DNA of 61,427 bases, filler included, from Choristocarpus tenellus KU-1152 (lineage: Eukaryota > Protista > Phaeophyceae): the NCBI GenBank assembly GCA_964200185.2. It is 12 parts of 12 records of this genome, joined end to end, with 100 filler letters (N's around TTAATTAATTAA, not from the genome) between each part and the next. Parts side by side here need not be neighbours in the genome. Positions count along the whole stretch, not along the records: positions 21,933 to 25,274 come from CAXNAD020020686.1; positions 25,375 to 31,844 come from CAXNAD020008072.1; positions 31,945 to 34,883 come from CAXNAD020023506.1; positions 34,984 to 41,618 come from CAXNAD020007697.1; 8 more parts are not named here. One strand, written 5' to 3'. The notes under the pieces are model-generated. The model worked only from the letters and a program-made list of their open reading frames with translations, did no database searches and was not told the DNA's origin. Shown here in pieces: positions 25,201-38,600 of the stretch. Positions within the stretch are counted from its first letter, which is position 1. Each line of letters starts with the position of its first letter. Both the position numbers and the translations under genes were made by a program.

Positions 25201-26105
25201 GAGGGATAAGTTTTGCTACTGAGTGAAACTATCTTAGAAGGTACGAATTTTTCCCTGTTTGTCCATTTGTGGGGNNNNNNNNNNNNNNNNNNNNNNNNNN
25301 NNNNNNNNNNNNNNNNNNTTAATTAATTAANNNNNNNNNNNNNNNNNNNNNNNNNNNNNNNNNNNNNNNNNNNNGGTGAAAAACGGACGCCGACACCCCC
25401 CCCCAGATACTTTGACCCTCAAGTATTCCTCCCAGCAAATCTGGAGCAAAGTCCATGCCATATGCCACTCGCTCACAGTCCTGATGTATCCATTTTTCCT
25501 TCTCAACCTGCAACAAAAGACGGTCGTACACTATATGTAGTAATGGTTTATACGCCACAAGTACTATTTGACTCCTGAGCAGTCCACCTATTATCAATTG
25601 ATACCTAACTTATCAAGCCCTCTTTTTGCACATGGACTGCAATCGATATTTATAGATGAAACATAAAACACCTACAAAATCACCAGAACAACTATCTCAT
25701 TTGTGCGTACTAGTACTATCACACACGTATTAATAGTATATTGTTTTACTTGGTGTAACCCTGTAATGTTCTATTTGAACCTCTGTTGTTTTCTGCATCA
25801 CCAGTACTGCTACTACTATTAGTACTACTATAACTAGTCCTAGTAGCACGATTTACTACCGACTACTACTACCACAATAATGGTGAGAAATACTAGAAAG
25901 AGCAAGTGCTGTTGGAGGAACACGAGAGGTAAGGTCCAGGGGTTAACACTCACTATGAAAAAGATTTATCATCGCTTGATATTTTCCGCACTTCATAGTC
26001 ACCACCATGCGTCTCACAAGACAATCAGGAATTGTGCGGCAGTGGTTGTAGTAGTGGTAGTATATAGATGAGATAATGATGGATATACATCCTTGCTGCA
26101 ATCTA

Positions 26106-26363
26106 TACCAAAAGTATCTTAGAGGGTACGAGGTTTGCCCTGTTTGTCCATTTGGGGCTTGACTTCCCATGGGGTTTTGTGACACTTTCCTACGCCGAGA
26201 TATTTCGGAGTAGGTAATATGTATACGTTATGAACAGATGTGTCTGGAACAAGGACATTTACACTTCTTAGCAAACATGATAGCCAAAATTACATCAAAA
26301 TCGCGACATTTTATTTTGGCCCACCAAACGGACGTGGCTATACCCTCTAAGATACTTTGACTC
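26106..26363. mobile_element. MITE family A copy, TCTA target duplication
   Basis: tcta|TACCAAAAGTATCTTAGAGGGT ... ACCCTCTAAGATACTTTGACTC|tcta. Confidence 0.88.
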
Positions 26364-26507
26364 TCTACACTGAGAGAGGGCTCAGTGATAGTCGTGTGTT
26401 CTTCCAAATCCCCACTGTAAACATCTCTATCAAATATTACTGCATACTCCAGGAATAATACTGCACACGACAGCAGTGCTTAGTAGTTACGAAGTACCTT
26501 GAAGTTG

Positions 26508-26730
26508 GAGTGAAAGTATCTTAGAGGGTACAAGTTTTGCCCGGTTTGTCCCACGGACTTTTTATGTCATTTTCCTATGCCAAAATGTTCCGGGGTAGGT
26601 AAAGTGTTTACATGATTAAATATGTATCTGGAACAAGGATATTGACACTTCCTTAACTAACACGATAGACATAATTGGATTTTGGGCCCCAAACAGACAC
26701 GACTCTCCCCTCTAAGATAATTTTCAACTC
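26508..26730. mobile_element. MITE family A copy
   Basis: GAGTGAAAGTATCTTAGAGGGT ... CCCTCTAAGATAATTTTCAACTC. Confidence 0.85.
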
Positions 26731-26940
26731 GATTAGAACTGATGGGTTACCTGAATCATCAAATGAGTGCTGTATAATGCACATAGACAGTGACACACTG
26801 GCATTGCCACAATATGTAGAATACATGCAGGATGCAGTTTCCCGCTTGTTTTCACAGGACAAATGGGAGCAAATTAATTCTATAGTCCCTTCTCTGCTAA
26901 ATTCAAGTGTACTTACTTCAGCTTGAATTGATAACCAGCA

Positions 26941-27203
26941 TCATAGACCAACTAAGAGGTAGGCAGGCAGGGTTGCATTTTGACAATCCCGAGAAAAGGA
27001 AAAATATTCAATCTTGTACAACAACAGAAATTGCCTTTGCTCAACTGTGGCGTCACTTGAATGTGGAAAGGGGGGATATCAACGTTTTGTGTACAATACT
27101 GTGCACATAACGCAATGAAATAGAGTGTAATTGCACAGGGTAAGCAAGACAGCTTATAATCAAAAGGGTTCAACCCTGCTCACGTCTCAATTGGTTTTGG
27201 CTT
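26941..27203. mobile_element. MITE family D copy (decayed)
   Basis: Colinear with 30584-30845 (gaggtagg..gcagggttgcatt..ctcaattggttttggct). Confidence 0.7.
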
Positions 27204-28127
27204 GTCAATAATTTTGTTTGCATCATGGGATAAGGAAGAGGACTTTAATTTCTGGTATGGTGATTGTCCTTGCCTGACACTCACCATTCAACACAATAAC
27301 AGAGACAACAAAGATTTGCATGCTGCAGATATGTCTGGACCAAGACGTGTTGGTATCGAAAGATCAGGTTAAAAGATATTGTATGCTTTACAAAAAAATA
27401 ATCATTGTTCACTTTGAAAGATATCTCCCCAGTGAAAAAAACTTGTGAAGGAATGGTCGGGACAAATGAATGTTGACAAGATCCCAACGCCTCAGATGAG
27501 TTTTTATTCAAACTTAGTATGCTGGAGTACTACCATTTCCCAACTGAAATAGTATCAACAGTACTGCTCAAAGTAGAGCAAAAAGGTTAGGACTAACCGC
27601 TACAGGAGTTCTACTTTTGTCTAGACAAAATCAATTCGCCACTTTGTACATCTCACAACAAGAGCGAACAATAGTGGTTACCCAAATCGATAAACTAACT
27701 AAATAAACTGAGATGAAACTACATACATAACAAAAAAGTGAGGTGTAGCAGCATTCACTATTTACTACTTTTGACATTACACCAGAAACCACCATTCCAA
27801 ATGAGACATGACTCCATGAAAGCAAAATAAGAAACGTCATATGGTTGGCAGAAAATATTACACTTTGCAGTCAACAAGTAGTTCGATCTGCCCCTTTGCC
27901 TTAATTGCGCGTACCTACTACATAGACAATTAAGCTTGGACAGTACATTCAAAGCTTTGCATTGGTCAATCACACCTGCGGAGATCGGGACAGGAAAGCA
28001 GCCAAGCGAAAGTAGACAATCAGAACAGTGCTCACAGTATTCACCTCTTGATGCCTTGACCTCAACAGTATTCGCAGGGCAAAGGACTGGCTCAGATCAT
28101 GAAGTACACTCACCCTATGGGAAATAA

Positions 28128-28724
28128 TCAGGGCAAAGAAATCTTGGACTTGTATTTGTTGCCGTCGCGAGTCTTGACCTTGATTTTAAACTCTTCAGGA
28201 AACCCATCACCGTTGTGGACTTCGAAGAAGTTATCTTGTGTCCGAGTTCCCTTGATGCCATCGATTTTCACTTTTTTTGCGGGCGCTGACATCCCTCGAG
28301 GCTGCACCTTGATGTAATAACTATTCGACCCCTCGAATAAGAACGTCGGCTTACCCCCGTCGCACTCCACAAATTCCCACTCGATTTCCCACTCGGTTTC
28401 CCACTCGTTGCCACTCATTTTGAAGTCCAAATCTCCATGGTTGCACTCACGGCACCGGTCCATTATATACCCTTCGAATGTGCCAGTGGTTGGTGAGTTC
28501 TCACTGGTTCCCTTTCCCATAACACATGCCCCACACATTTCCGAATTACCGTACTGGAGATAATTGAGCGCCAGTGGGATCTTGCCATCGTACATTTCAG
28601 GAATGGGATCACGGATCGCGCAGTTTCCAGCGCTTGTCACCTCGTAGGACGTCCCTATCCCTTCGAAAGTAGTGGCAGTAGCAACTGCGGTTCCGTAGAC
28701 GAGGAGAGCGATGACGATCCTCAT
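28128..28724 (-). CDS. Secreted expansin-like (EXLX-type) protein, intronless, 198 aa
   Basis: Signal peptide; double-psi-beta-barrel motifs GNCA, ALNxxQYxNSxxCGACV and DRCxECxxGDLD; second domain WEFVEC..EGSNSYYIKVQPR..RTQDNFF. Confidence 0.88.
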   Translation of the reverse strand: MRIVIALLVYGTAVATATTFEGIGTSYEVTSAGNCAIRDPIPEMYDGKIPLALNYLQYGNSEMCGACVMGKGTSENSPTTGTFEGYIMDRCRECNHGDLDFKMSGNEWETEWEIEWEFVECDGGKPTFLFEGSNSYYIKVQPRGMSAPAKKVKIDGIKGTRTQDNFFEVHNGDGFPEEFKIKVKTRDGNKYKSKISLP

Positions 28725-30396
28725 ATTGAAGGATTGGAACCTTATGATAATAAGACAGATCTAGTTGCTACAAGTGAGTTGGTGTTCCCTTGATTTACAG
28801 GTAAAATAGTTTACCAACCCCGTACTTGATTTGTGTGTAGAGAAAAATTCCTATGTATCTGGTGTAGTTCAATATGAATATGTGAGGATATCAGGACTGG
28901 ACTTGATTGTTGGTGTGCTTTGATCTAGGTTCTCGGTTTAACGGACAAAGAGGGACGGACTTTTTAGTGGTGTGATATCGTTGGCGGTTAGATGAATGAA
29001 CCCCAACCATTTTCTGTTTTTGGAAACCTCTGAAACCGTTGTATTTTGGTAGTTATTTGTGATATTCTACTCTAAATATATTTTTTGGTTCTAATATGTT
29101 TTTCTTTGAATTATTTCTGGGTAGTATTGTATAATATATTATTGCATGTATATACTGCTAGTATATACACAAATATTCCTAATCACAAATTATAGTAGTC
29201 TAGATCGACTTCTGTCGTATAAAACACAATGAAAAGTTATTCCGCTAAAACTATGAATACTACACAAAACACAAAAGAAACTAAAGAAAATATTTGTGCG
29301 TACCTTACAGAATAGTTTCCATATAATTAGGGTCATGGGTACAAGTCCCAAAATCAAAATTAGTGACTATTTGATTGCCACACTAAAATACTACAAAATA
29401 TATTACTGTATACCCCACCAAAAAAATCAAATCGAGTAGAAAGTCGACAAGATAACTTGACCCTTTTCCCAGGTTGCAAGTTTTCTGGTCTTCTCCTCAC
29501 TTAGTTAGATGACCATCCTGTGTACATCCACCACTTGATGTGTTGGTCTGGAGCGCCATAATAAGTTGGAATTGCCCCATCATAGATAATGTTTACTTCC
29601 TTTGATACATTACCCTCATTACCATTGCTTCTTCCAATGCACCCTTTTAACGTGCTGGACTTCCAAAGTCCAACTCGTTGTATACTGCCCTCTCCTACAC
29701 GCTCTCTCATAGCAGGCATGTTGCTCCCCCTATCCTTTCCGACTGAAGCGCATCATATTGTTCTGGATCAAGCCTGTGCTCTCTTAATTTCATGCGGAGA
29801 CATGTGGCAGCTTGCCCTCTTCTCCGCATTTGAACCTTGTCCCTTTCGCATCCATAAGCAGACTCTGTTGTGCGTAACGTTGAAATTTCACAGAGGAAGG
29901 CAACACCAAAAAGGATGAAGGTTGTGCACCAAAAAACACGTTTCTCATACGCTGTACAGGAGGTGGAACAATCGATTATAAAAATAAAAATATAACGAAA
30001 CCCTAAATCACGATTTTCACTTCAATTTTTCCGACATTTTTCAATCTCAAAAGGTAAAAACCTCAGATTTACCTCATCTTTTCGTGCCTATATTAGGGGA
30101 CAGTCCTGTCAATGACAAAAAAAAACCACACCGTTTTTCTTGGCTTTGTTTCTGCTCTCTCCTACACTTAGCCGGTGTTCGGGGCGTGCCAATATGATAA
30201 ACGATTAACACAATTTCTTACAAGGTGACCATACCTGACATACCTTGAGTTGTGTCATACCATCACAAATTTCCACGTGTTTTTCGACTTGTCGATACCC
30301 TCTCCTGTACTTTTTCAATGTTCCAGAAACTGTACCACACACTATTAACAATCGTCTCTTATTCCCTCGCACTTCCATGAATGTTCCAGGCACAAA

Positions 30397-30502
30397 CAGT
30401 CGGTTTCAAAAATTGAGGATGGAGCTTTTCATTGAGGATGGGCTTGACCCAAAATTGACTGGGATAAAGTGCCGATACATCCTCAATTTTTGAAATCGAC
30501 TG
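30397..30502. mobile_element. Family E element, internally deleted
   Basis: aaa|CAGTCGGTTTCAAAAATTGAGGATG ... CATCCTCAATTTTTGAAATCGACTG|tt. Confidence 0.82.
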
Positions 30503-30583
30503 TTCCCACAGAGTATGACGCACTATAGCACTAGACCTCATATCTTATTCCGAAGACCACACCTCATCTTCCCATCTATTGTT

Positions 30584-30845
30584 GAGTCAAACCAACTGAG
30601 AGGTAGGTGGGCAGGGTTGCATTATTAGGATCGCGAGAAAGGGCAAAAATGTGTAATTTTGAAGACTTACAGGAAGAGCCTTCTTTCCCAAATCGTGATG
30701 CCACTTTGTGGAAAGGAGGAATATCAATACATTGTACACTATTGTGCACATATAGCGGTGAAATATTGTGTGTTGCACAGGGTAAGAAAGATGATTTAGA
30801 GTGCAAAAGGGTCCAAACGTGCCTACCTCTCAATTGGTTTGGCTC
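30584..30845. mobile_element. MITE family D copy, TGTT target duplication
   Basis: tgtt|GAGTCAAACCAACTGAGAGGTAGG ... CCTACCTCTCAATTGGTTTGGCTC|tgtt. Confidence 0.88.
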
Positions 30846-33119
30846 TGTTGTGGTTGTATGTTGCATGAAGTGATTTGTAATTTGGATGTAGACCATAGAA
30901 TTTATCGTTTGGCCTACCTCCCCTCAACTCTAACGGCGCATGATGTCTGAACGAAGGAGGCATGAAGGGGAGGTACGGTATGAGGATAAGCATGTGGCTA
31001 TGTTGCGCAAGCGATAGGTATTGTGTCATCTCTTTTGCGTTTGGCGTGTTGGCGGTAGTGTCACTTGCTGATGCTGTCATGACAAAGACAATGTGTGAGA
31101 TGGTGAAAACCCGAGTTTGGATCTACAAACTCCAACCCACATGTTTCATACTTTCTGGGGGGTATTAGGACAAGCGCCACCTCCCTTCCCTTCCCAGACA
31201 CAGCAGGGTGATGTCTTCCCCTCTTACCTCCTACACCAGGATTTTTGCTTGATGGAGTAAATATTAGCTAACCTAATCCTCCGTCAAAAGTCCAGCGATT
31301 TGGTACCACTATCATGTACAGGTTCGGGGTGCTATAGTTATAAGAAAGGAGATCCTCCCCCTATGTTCACTCCTTTGAGTCAAAGTAGACGAGAGATACA
31401 CCGTTTTTGGTCGTTTTTGCATTACATGTCATTTTCAATCTTTTGCAGTTCCACCCCTATTTCCAAGTATGAAGTGTCAAGTTTGACTTGAGAGGGCTGT
31501 TTTCTCTATTGTTGGAAACTCTTCGACACAATTCGGAAGTGCCCTTTACACATTTGTGCAAAAAAGTTTAAATTTTCACGTACTTACTGTGCAGAATACG
31601 ATATGAATTTCAGTAATATGTAAACGAAAGCATTCAGGATCATGGTAAATATCTTTGCCAAGTATTCCCCAAAGACTTGAGAACACATCCACAAAAGGAA
31701 GCGTGGATACTTCGTTTACAATGACAGCATCTCCGCCCCTTTCCCAACAACTGGTGTAGGAGAGTGACTGTTACAGGCGCCCCTCAATGCTCACCTTCCA
31801 GGATGTACAACTCAAATCCAACGACCTCAAAACGATGCTATGGGNNNNNNNNNNNNNNNNNNNNNNNNNNNNNNNNNNNNNNNNNNNNTTAATTAATTAA
31901 NNNNNNNNNNNNNNNNNNNNNNNNNNNNNNNNNNNNNNNNNNNNCTGATAAGAGGGTGTGTGTAAGGGGAGCATGGCAAAGGCACAAGGGGCATGGGAGG
32001 CAGGGGGGTAGGGGTGAGATGATCAGACTGAGGGTTTGGGCATGGCAGTGCGTGCAATTGTCCAAAAAGTATATCATGGGGAATCGCGACCTTGCCAAAT
32101 ATCCTTCAAGACCAGGCACTACCTAAGTTACCACCCTTACCCTAGTTTTCCAACGAGGTGGACAGTTCAGCTCTGAAAAAGTCTTCAATGAGACATTGCA
32201 TTCAATCACAAAAGTTCAACACTAGGAGAAATCGCAAACCGGTGAGAAATGCTGTAACGTTGAGTATCTCGTCTATCTCTGGTATGGATGGAACTTTCAG
32301 GTAACATCTCGATATGCATTTATCAGGGAGTCAACAACAAGGATAAAAGGGAGAATTCAAATCATGTGAGCCAACTTGTTACTAGCAACCATCCAGAAGG
32401 AATCTATTGAAATTAAAAAAATAGCTTACATGTGTGCAAAGGGGGGGAGATGAGCAGGAGTGGGAGCAAAGGCTGGAGGTGGAGGATGCAGGACGGTGGA
32501 ATAAATGTGCACCAAATTTTTCTCAACTGCTCAACTCTCCTTGTAGAGTAAACGAGGGAGGCGGTGCATTGAAACACTGTGTTGTGGGAACTCAGTCCTT
32601 ACCTTTAGTGTCGACTTGGAAATGGCGGAGAGGTCAAGCCCGTACGGATAGGCTACCATCGATCCAACTTTGATAAACTTTTGTTTGCGCTCAATGTACA
32701 ATAATTCCATCTCCCAGTTCAAATACTTCGAAGTTCTACTCTCTTGATGTATGTGTCTTGTATATCGCTTATGTAATAGTGACAGTAGCATCAAATAGTG
32801 CATGCGGGTCTGTACTCACGTAATCCATAGTGATTACTATGAGAAGATCGGTCTTGAGGTCGGGAGACGCTATGGAAAGACGGTCCAGAGCATTTGAGGC
32901 GTGTAAAAGAAGAGCCTCAACTGTGTCTGCCATGTTATAGAACTTCTCGTCCATCGAAGTAACGAAAACGAAAAAATAGGCAAGCAACAGAAATTTGCGT
33001 CAGTAATACACCAAGGAGAGAAAGACTCAGTCGACATCAGGATCACGTTTCCAGGCAAAGAGTGGGGAAACACAATCGACATCATTGGGTGTGTTGGGGG
33101 TGTAGTATTGTCGTCCTAC

Positions 33120-33218
33120 CCAGCGACCAGTTATGGTATTCAGCAGCCAGCAGTAGGAATACTCTTGAAAATGGAGAAGCCATAGAACGGCGAAGAGGAT
33201 CGGCCAGACTTTCGCCAT
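33120..33218 (-). CDS. Possible first exon of an unknown secreted protein
   Basis: MAKVWPILFAVLWLLHFQEYSYC resembles a signal peptide in a CpG-rich patch, followed by TGG|GTAGGA. No downstream exon could be joined convincingly. Confidence 0.3.
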
Positions 33219-33608
33219 AGTTTGTTGTGCGTCCTTGCTTGGTGAACGTACTGTACACGAGGAGAGCCTGGTGTCTTTGGTAGGGCGGTGTCCCTGTCTG
33301 TGTTGCCGTTCCTTCCCCAGTGAGGTGTGTGTCTCCCTCTTTTGAGTGAGCTAGACCTCTAATTCGTTAGGTTCCTCTAAAGATTTACCAATTCGATTTA
33401 TCCCCTTCACAAACCCATTCATTGAGTTGTCTATATATAAACATATATATATATACGTTACAATTTCTGTAACTGTCATCTCATTTTGTAATACTTTGAG
33501 TAGGAGAAAAACAGTAATATAAAAATAATAGTAGAAACGGGTAGACTCCATAGCAGATACACGAGGTATGGGTCATGAGTCATGCGATCACAAAGATGAA
33601 CGAACAAC

Positions 33609-33860
33609 GAGTAAAAATAAACGAGAGGTACCCAGAGTTGTATTTTAATGATGCGACCAACTATGTCCAAAATTCGACATTATTACAAATAAATACGTAT
33701 AGGATTTTTTCCGAATTGTGTCACAAAAAGTTTCAAACAGAAGAGAAACCAACAGTCTAAAGTCGAATTTAGCACTTCAACCGTAGAAGTATGGGTGAAT
33801 TGCAAAAAAGATTGAAAACTGGCTTATGGTGCAAAACAACCAAAAACTGAGTACCAGGGT
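33609..33860. mobile_element. MITE family C copy
   Basis: GAGTAAAAATAAACGAGAGGTACCCAGAGTTG ... AAAACTGAGTACC. Confidence 0.75.
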
Positions 33861-35644
33861 CAGCGCAAAGTTCCTTTACTTACCATTTATCCCCTCAATT
33901 GTTGGGTAGTACACAAAAGGACCTGAGGCAGATCATAGCAAAAGATCGATAGATGGAATGAGTTAGAACCCCTCCCTTCCTTGATATCGAATTAGTATGC
34001 AGGGGGCGAGGCAGAGATCGAAAAAAAAGAAAGATCACACATTATCGTTTTGAGTTGGTTCCGATATCATTAAGTTCTATATACGTATATACACTAACTA
34101 ATGAACCTACCTTTTGAGTGGGAGTCGAGTTTTGAAATACGATTGGTAGGGCCAAAATGAAACCCTCTTAGTAGGCGGCAACACACCTATTAGCTATTTT
34201 TAGTGCCCTGTTCCTTACATAGACACCCACACCCACCCCTTTGTTGACACCATTTAGAACACCAAATTATTAAGTGAGTAGGTGTGTAACAATCAGTCTC
34301 GGAACCTAATTTCCTGGGTATTCTAAAACACTATCATATTAGTGAGTGTGACAGGCTGTCCTGCTCACTTCAAAAACTCAAAGGCATGTTTTGAGAGACA
34401 TCATCTTCTTTATTGCAACTGTGACGACGGTGAGTACCCTTCCTCCAAAAAGTCGCCAAGGTTACGGAGGTATGAAGCCATACTGTAGACGTAGGCGTCA
34501 ATACTTCGTAACATGTCGTGCTTGCCTATCACATTGTATCAACTACCTCATGGAAGGTGTCTCCATATTGACCCCCTCTATAGGATGGTACGAATTGCTG
34601 CTGGCATTGACATGTCCAATAGAGTCTACTTTCCAAGAGGAACCCGTTCGTGACCCCCCGCCCCTCCCCACTTTGGTTCACCCTGTCAGATGATATCATT
34701 TAGCAAGTGTGCACATCGTCACGGTTGATAGTATTTTAAAAACATAATTTGTTGTGAAAGTTCATACTTTTTTTACTTTCTTGGCCGCTCTTCCTGTTCA
34801 TTTTAGGAGTACAATACAGTTTCAGTCGCTATTTTTTCTCGTCTTTACCCAAAGTATATGGGGGGGGGAGGGGGGGTCTACACNNNNNNNNNNNNNNNNN
34901 NNNNNNNNNNNNNNNNNNNNNNNNNNNTTAATTAATTAANNNNNNNNNNNNNNNNNNNNNNNNNNNNNNNNNNNNNNNNNNNNGAGATTAGGATAGGTCA
35001 AAGCAGGACGGAGGGGTGGGGGGTGGGGGGTGGGGGGGAGGGTATATTCATAGGAGAAGTTTGAGTGTGTATTTGTTATTGAGTATCTATCTAAGTATGT
35101 AAAGGGTAGACCTTGTAACTGCAAAAAAAAAGATCCAGTCTGTTGTGATGGTAGATAACAAATTTTGTGAGGTGGGGGTCAGGGTTCAAATGCTGAAAGC
35201 AGAATTGACTTTGAGAGACCTACATGCAAAACTGCCACAGTTCTTAAATATTGTGCCACATAATACATACAAAGCACCGTCATAATATTTAAAGTATGCC
35301 AGTATGCACGAGTGGGGTAGGGTAGACGAACCCTCCCCCCTTCCCCCCCCCCCAACAACACCCGAGAGAAAAAAAAATAAACAGGGTACTACAAAAAAAA
35401 GACAAAGCAAAAGATCACTCCTTGCACTCCCACGAATTGAATAAAATAGCCCTAACCTTATCACACAGCCCTAAGAACAACTCACCAAATACACCAGGAA
35501 AAGGGAATACCCACTGTGTGTTATGTGTGTCTACAACAAAGGGGGCAGCAATGGCATAAATCTTGTGAAAGATCACAGAGTCACGAAGACAGGGAAGGAC
35601 AGAGGGCACATGTGTGTAAATTCAATTCCATTGAACTTGATCTT

Positions 35645-38600
35645 TTAGATCAGTTGAAGTACTATCAGTTGATCTTTGAAGTACCTGACACAGCACTTTC
35701 GGAAGAGCTTCTCCAACTGGTCATACGGTGACTCCATCATGAGCACATTGTGTAGCACCATGAGAATACCTCCCAGCTTACGCAGTCGTCTCATCAACTT
35801 GAACTTGTCGTATGAGCTCACCGGCTCTATTGGTCGGAAGGAGTTGGCGCTGACAACCTGAGAGAGGGAGGAGGGGAGGAGGGGAAGTGCAAGGTGGTGA
35901 TAGGGTCCAGTCTATCGATATCTTTTTAAAACGACTTTTTTGTTGGTATGATTTTTTTAATTAGAATAATAATAATAATAATAATAATATATATATATAT
36001 ATTGATGAGGACCCCAAAATTGTTGGTGGGACATGTATTGAAAAGGTGGGTGGGAGGTGGGGAGCGGTGGGTGGGGACAGAGGGACAGAGGGGGTTAAGA
36101 TTCAAAGCGAGAGTAAGTACACTGCAACGCGTACAGGGTTCGATAAAGACAATCTTGACAAGAATGACAAGAATCCAAGGCCCCATCAAGTTTCCAACAC
36201 AGTTACATGACGAAATGAAGCATTTGAAACATCAGAGTTACATGGCGATAGTGCATCAAGGTAACACAACACACAACACACACTCAAAGGTCATTGGTCC
36301 ACTCAACGACTGATGATGGACCTTCCAAATCGTGAGAGGCCAATGTGTTTAGGGTTAGGGTTAGGGGGAATACCTGGAAGATGGAGCTGTCCAAGGGGTC
36401 TCCAACAGGGACTGCAATTGGCCATGGGCGCCACCCGTACAACCAGTCCCAAGAGAGCCCGAAGGATCATCATCATCATCATCATCACCATGACAACAAG
36501 GAAGAACAGTAGGAGGAGGAGTGTTACAGAAGCTGATGTTCCCAAGACTTGTTTATGTAAATGACTCAATCAGTTAATTTCTTTATCGTGTAGAACAGGT
36601 TAAACATCAACTTATGAAGGAAAAAGAACAAGTGGGCATCCATCCAAGCCCAAAAGGGGGGGGGGGGGGGGGGGGGGGGTCCCCCCCACAAACAACATTT
36701 TTATTTTAGATCGCACCAAAAAAACAACAAATANNNNNNNNNNGGGGGGGGGGGATTCCTTGCCACCAAAACCATTCTTATTCTATGGATCACCAATCAA
36801 ACTAATCACAAATTACTTCCTACTCCTGAACTCTTCCATATTCTAGTTTCTTGAACCCAGCACATCTTTCAATTTTTTCTTCAAATTATGTACCCGCTCA
36901 CCTCACCAAATGGTCACCTCACCTTAATTTCAAAGACGTGTTCCACTACTGAAGACAAGCCTTTCATGAGTCCCTTCCATCATTCCAGTTCGCTTCAACC
37001 TCCAACCCTATATAACCCTCACTAACATTTCTTGTTCGAGGACAATGATGGTGCAATTAAGATTGATTACCAAGAAGGCAGTATCTAGCAGTAGAACTAA
37101 ACACAAAGACACGAGGAATCATTTTGTACCTTAGAGGGGGAGGGGGAGGGGGAGGGGGAGGGGATGAAAGCAATTGAAGATTTGTCCACAGAGTTCCAAC
37201 ATGCTTATCTTCTTACAAGGGGGTCGTCTAAGGAATCATTCAACAGGCATTCTAGTGTTATCGTGATGAAGAGGGACGGACCGTTTTTTTTGTTGTTGTA
37301 GTGTTGAAGATATCGCCAAGAATGACTTAAGAATGACTTGAGGTATGATTTTTCACTTGAGAGTGTCAAGAACGTGAGTCAACAATATATTTTTTAATTC
37401 GTTTAATTCACATGTAAAAAAAAAAATGACTTAAGAAGGAGCAACGCAATACAAAACAAAATACATGAGCATTGACATCACCCCTACCTACAAGTGACTT
37501 CGGAGTTGGTAGAGAAAAGGGTGTACTTATCCAAAGAACCATTCTTGTTTTTGTTTTTTTGGGATACGCTCTTGATTTTTCTTGTCACCATTTACCTCTT
37601 CTTGTCAAAAGGGTACACAACAAAAAAATAAAACACCTCACATGACTCTCCCTGCCAAGTACACACTAGCACATGTTAGAAAAAAAATCTCAGCATTCTC
37701 ATCTCTACAAAAAAATATTGAAAAAAAGCATCTCATTCCATGTCCCTTAGAGAGAGAGAGAGAGAGAGAGAGGAACTGAGCAACCCTACCCCATCTTCAA
37801 TGCAAATTCAAACTATTTTCCACAAAACATCACAATCAAAATGAAACATATCATTTTTTGAAATCCTACAAAAAAACAAAAAACCCCTCCTAAACCTCGT
37901 GTAAGATTCCCCCCCCCCCCCAACCCCTGCCTTCTATTCACTAACAGTGCATGTACACCTCCTTGGAACAACAGCAACACAACTCTCTCTTCTTTTTGTA
38001 CTACCTAGCACTTTCCCTCACCAGGTAGCCGCATCTTGTCCTCCTCCGGCATGCCCGAAAGCCTCTCCTGAAAGTCTGAAAGGATCTTCTGCCACTGGGC
38101 CATCTTAGCACCTCTCTCCGGCACTTTAGTGAAGTAGTGCAAGTCTGTCAGAGGGGTTACCTACGTGGCAACAAGAAGAAACACACCCATCCACAGCAGC
38201 ACAGAAGGTGGAGGTGGAGGTGGAGGTGGAGGGGAGCAATGGGTAAAACGTGTCAGACTCGAACATATTCAAAGGAGTTCCATTGAAGAGAGGCGTTGCT
38301 GTGCAAGCAAGAAAAAGTTAAAAGTTCTCACATGAGAGCAACACGACAGGTCAGGTGGGGAAAGTAAGGAAGTAAGTCCTGCTTGTACCCTAGATGAGAC
38401 CATTCTACCCTAAGGGAATCAATATTCCTGCAAATAGTAGTACAAAACATTCAAGACAAAAACAATAACCTCAGCTACGGCTACAGCTACGGCTACGTGG
38501 TGTAACCAACGAGTGAACAAAAAAAAAATCAACAAAAAATATACTATGGTTGTACACAACTGCTATCTCTTCATTATACAAAAAAAAGAGATACGGAGGG

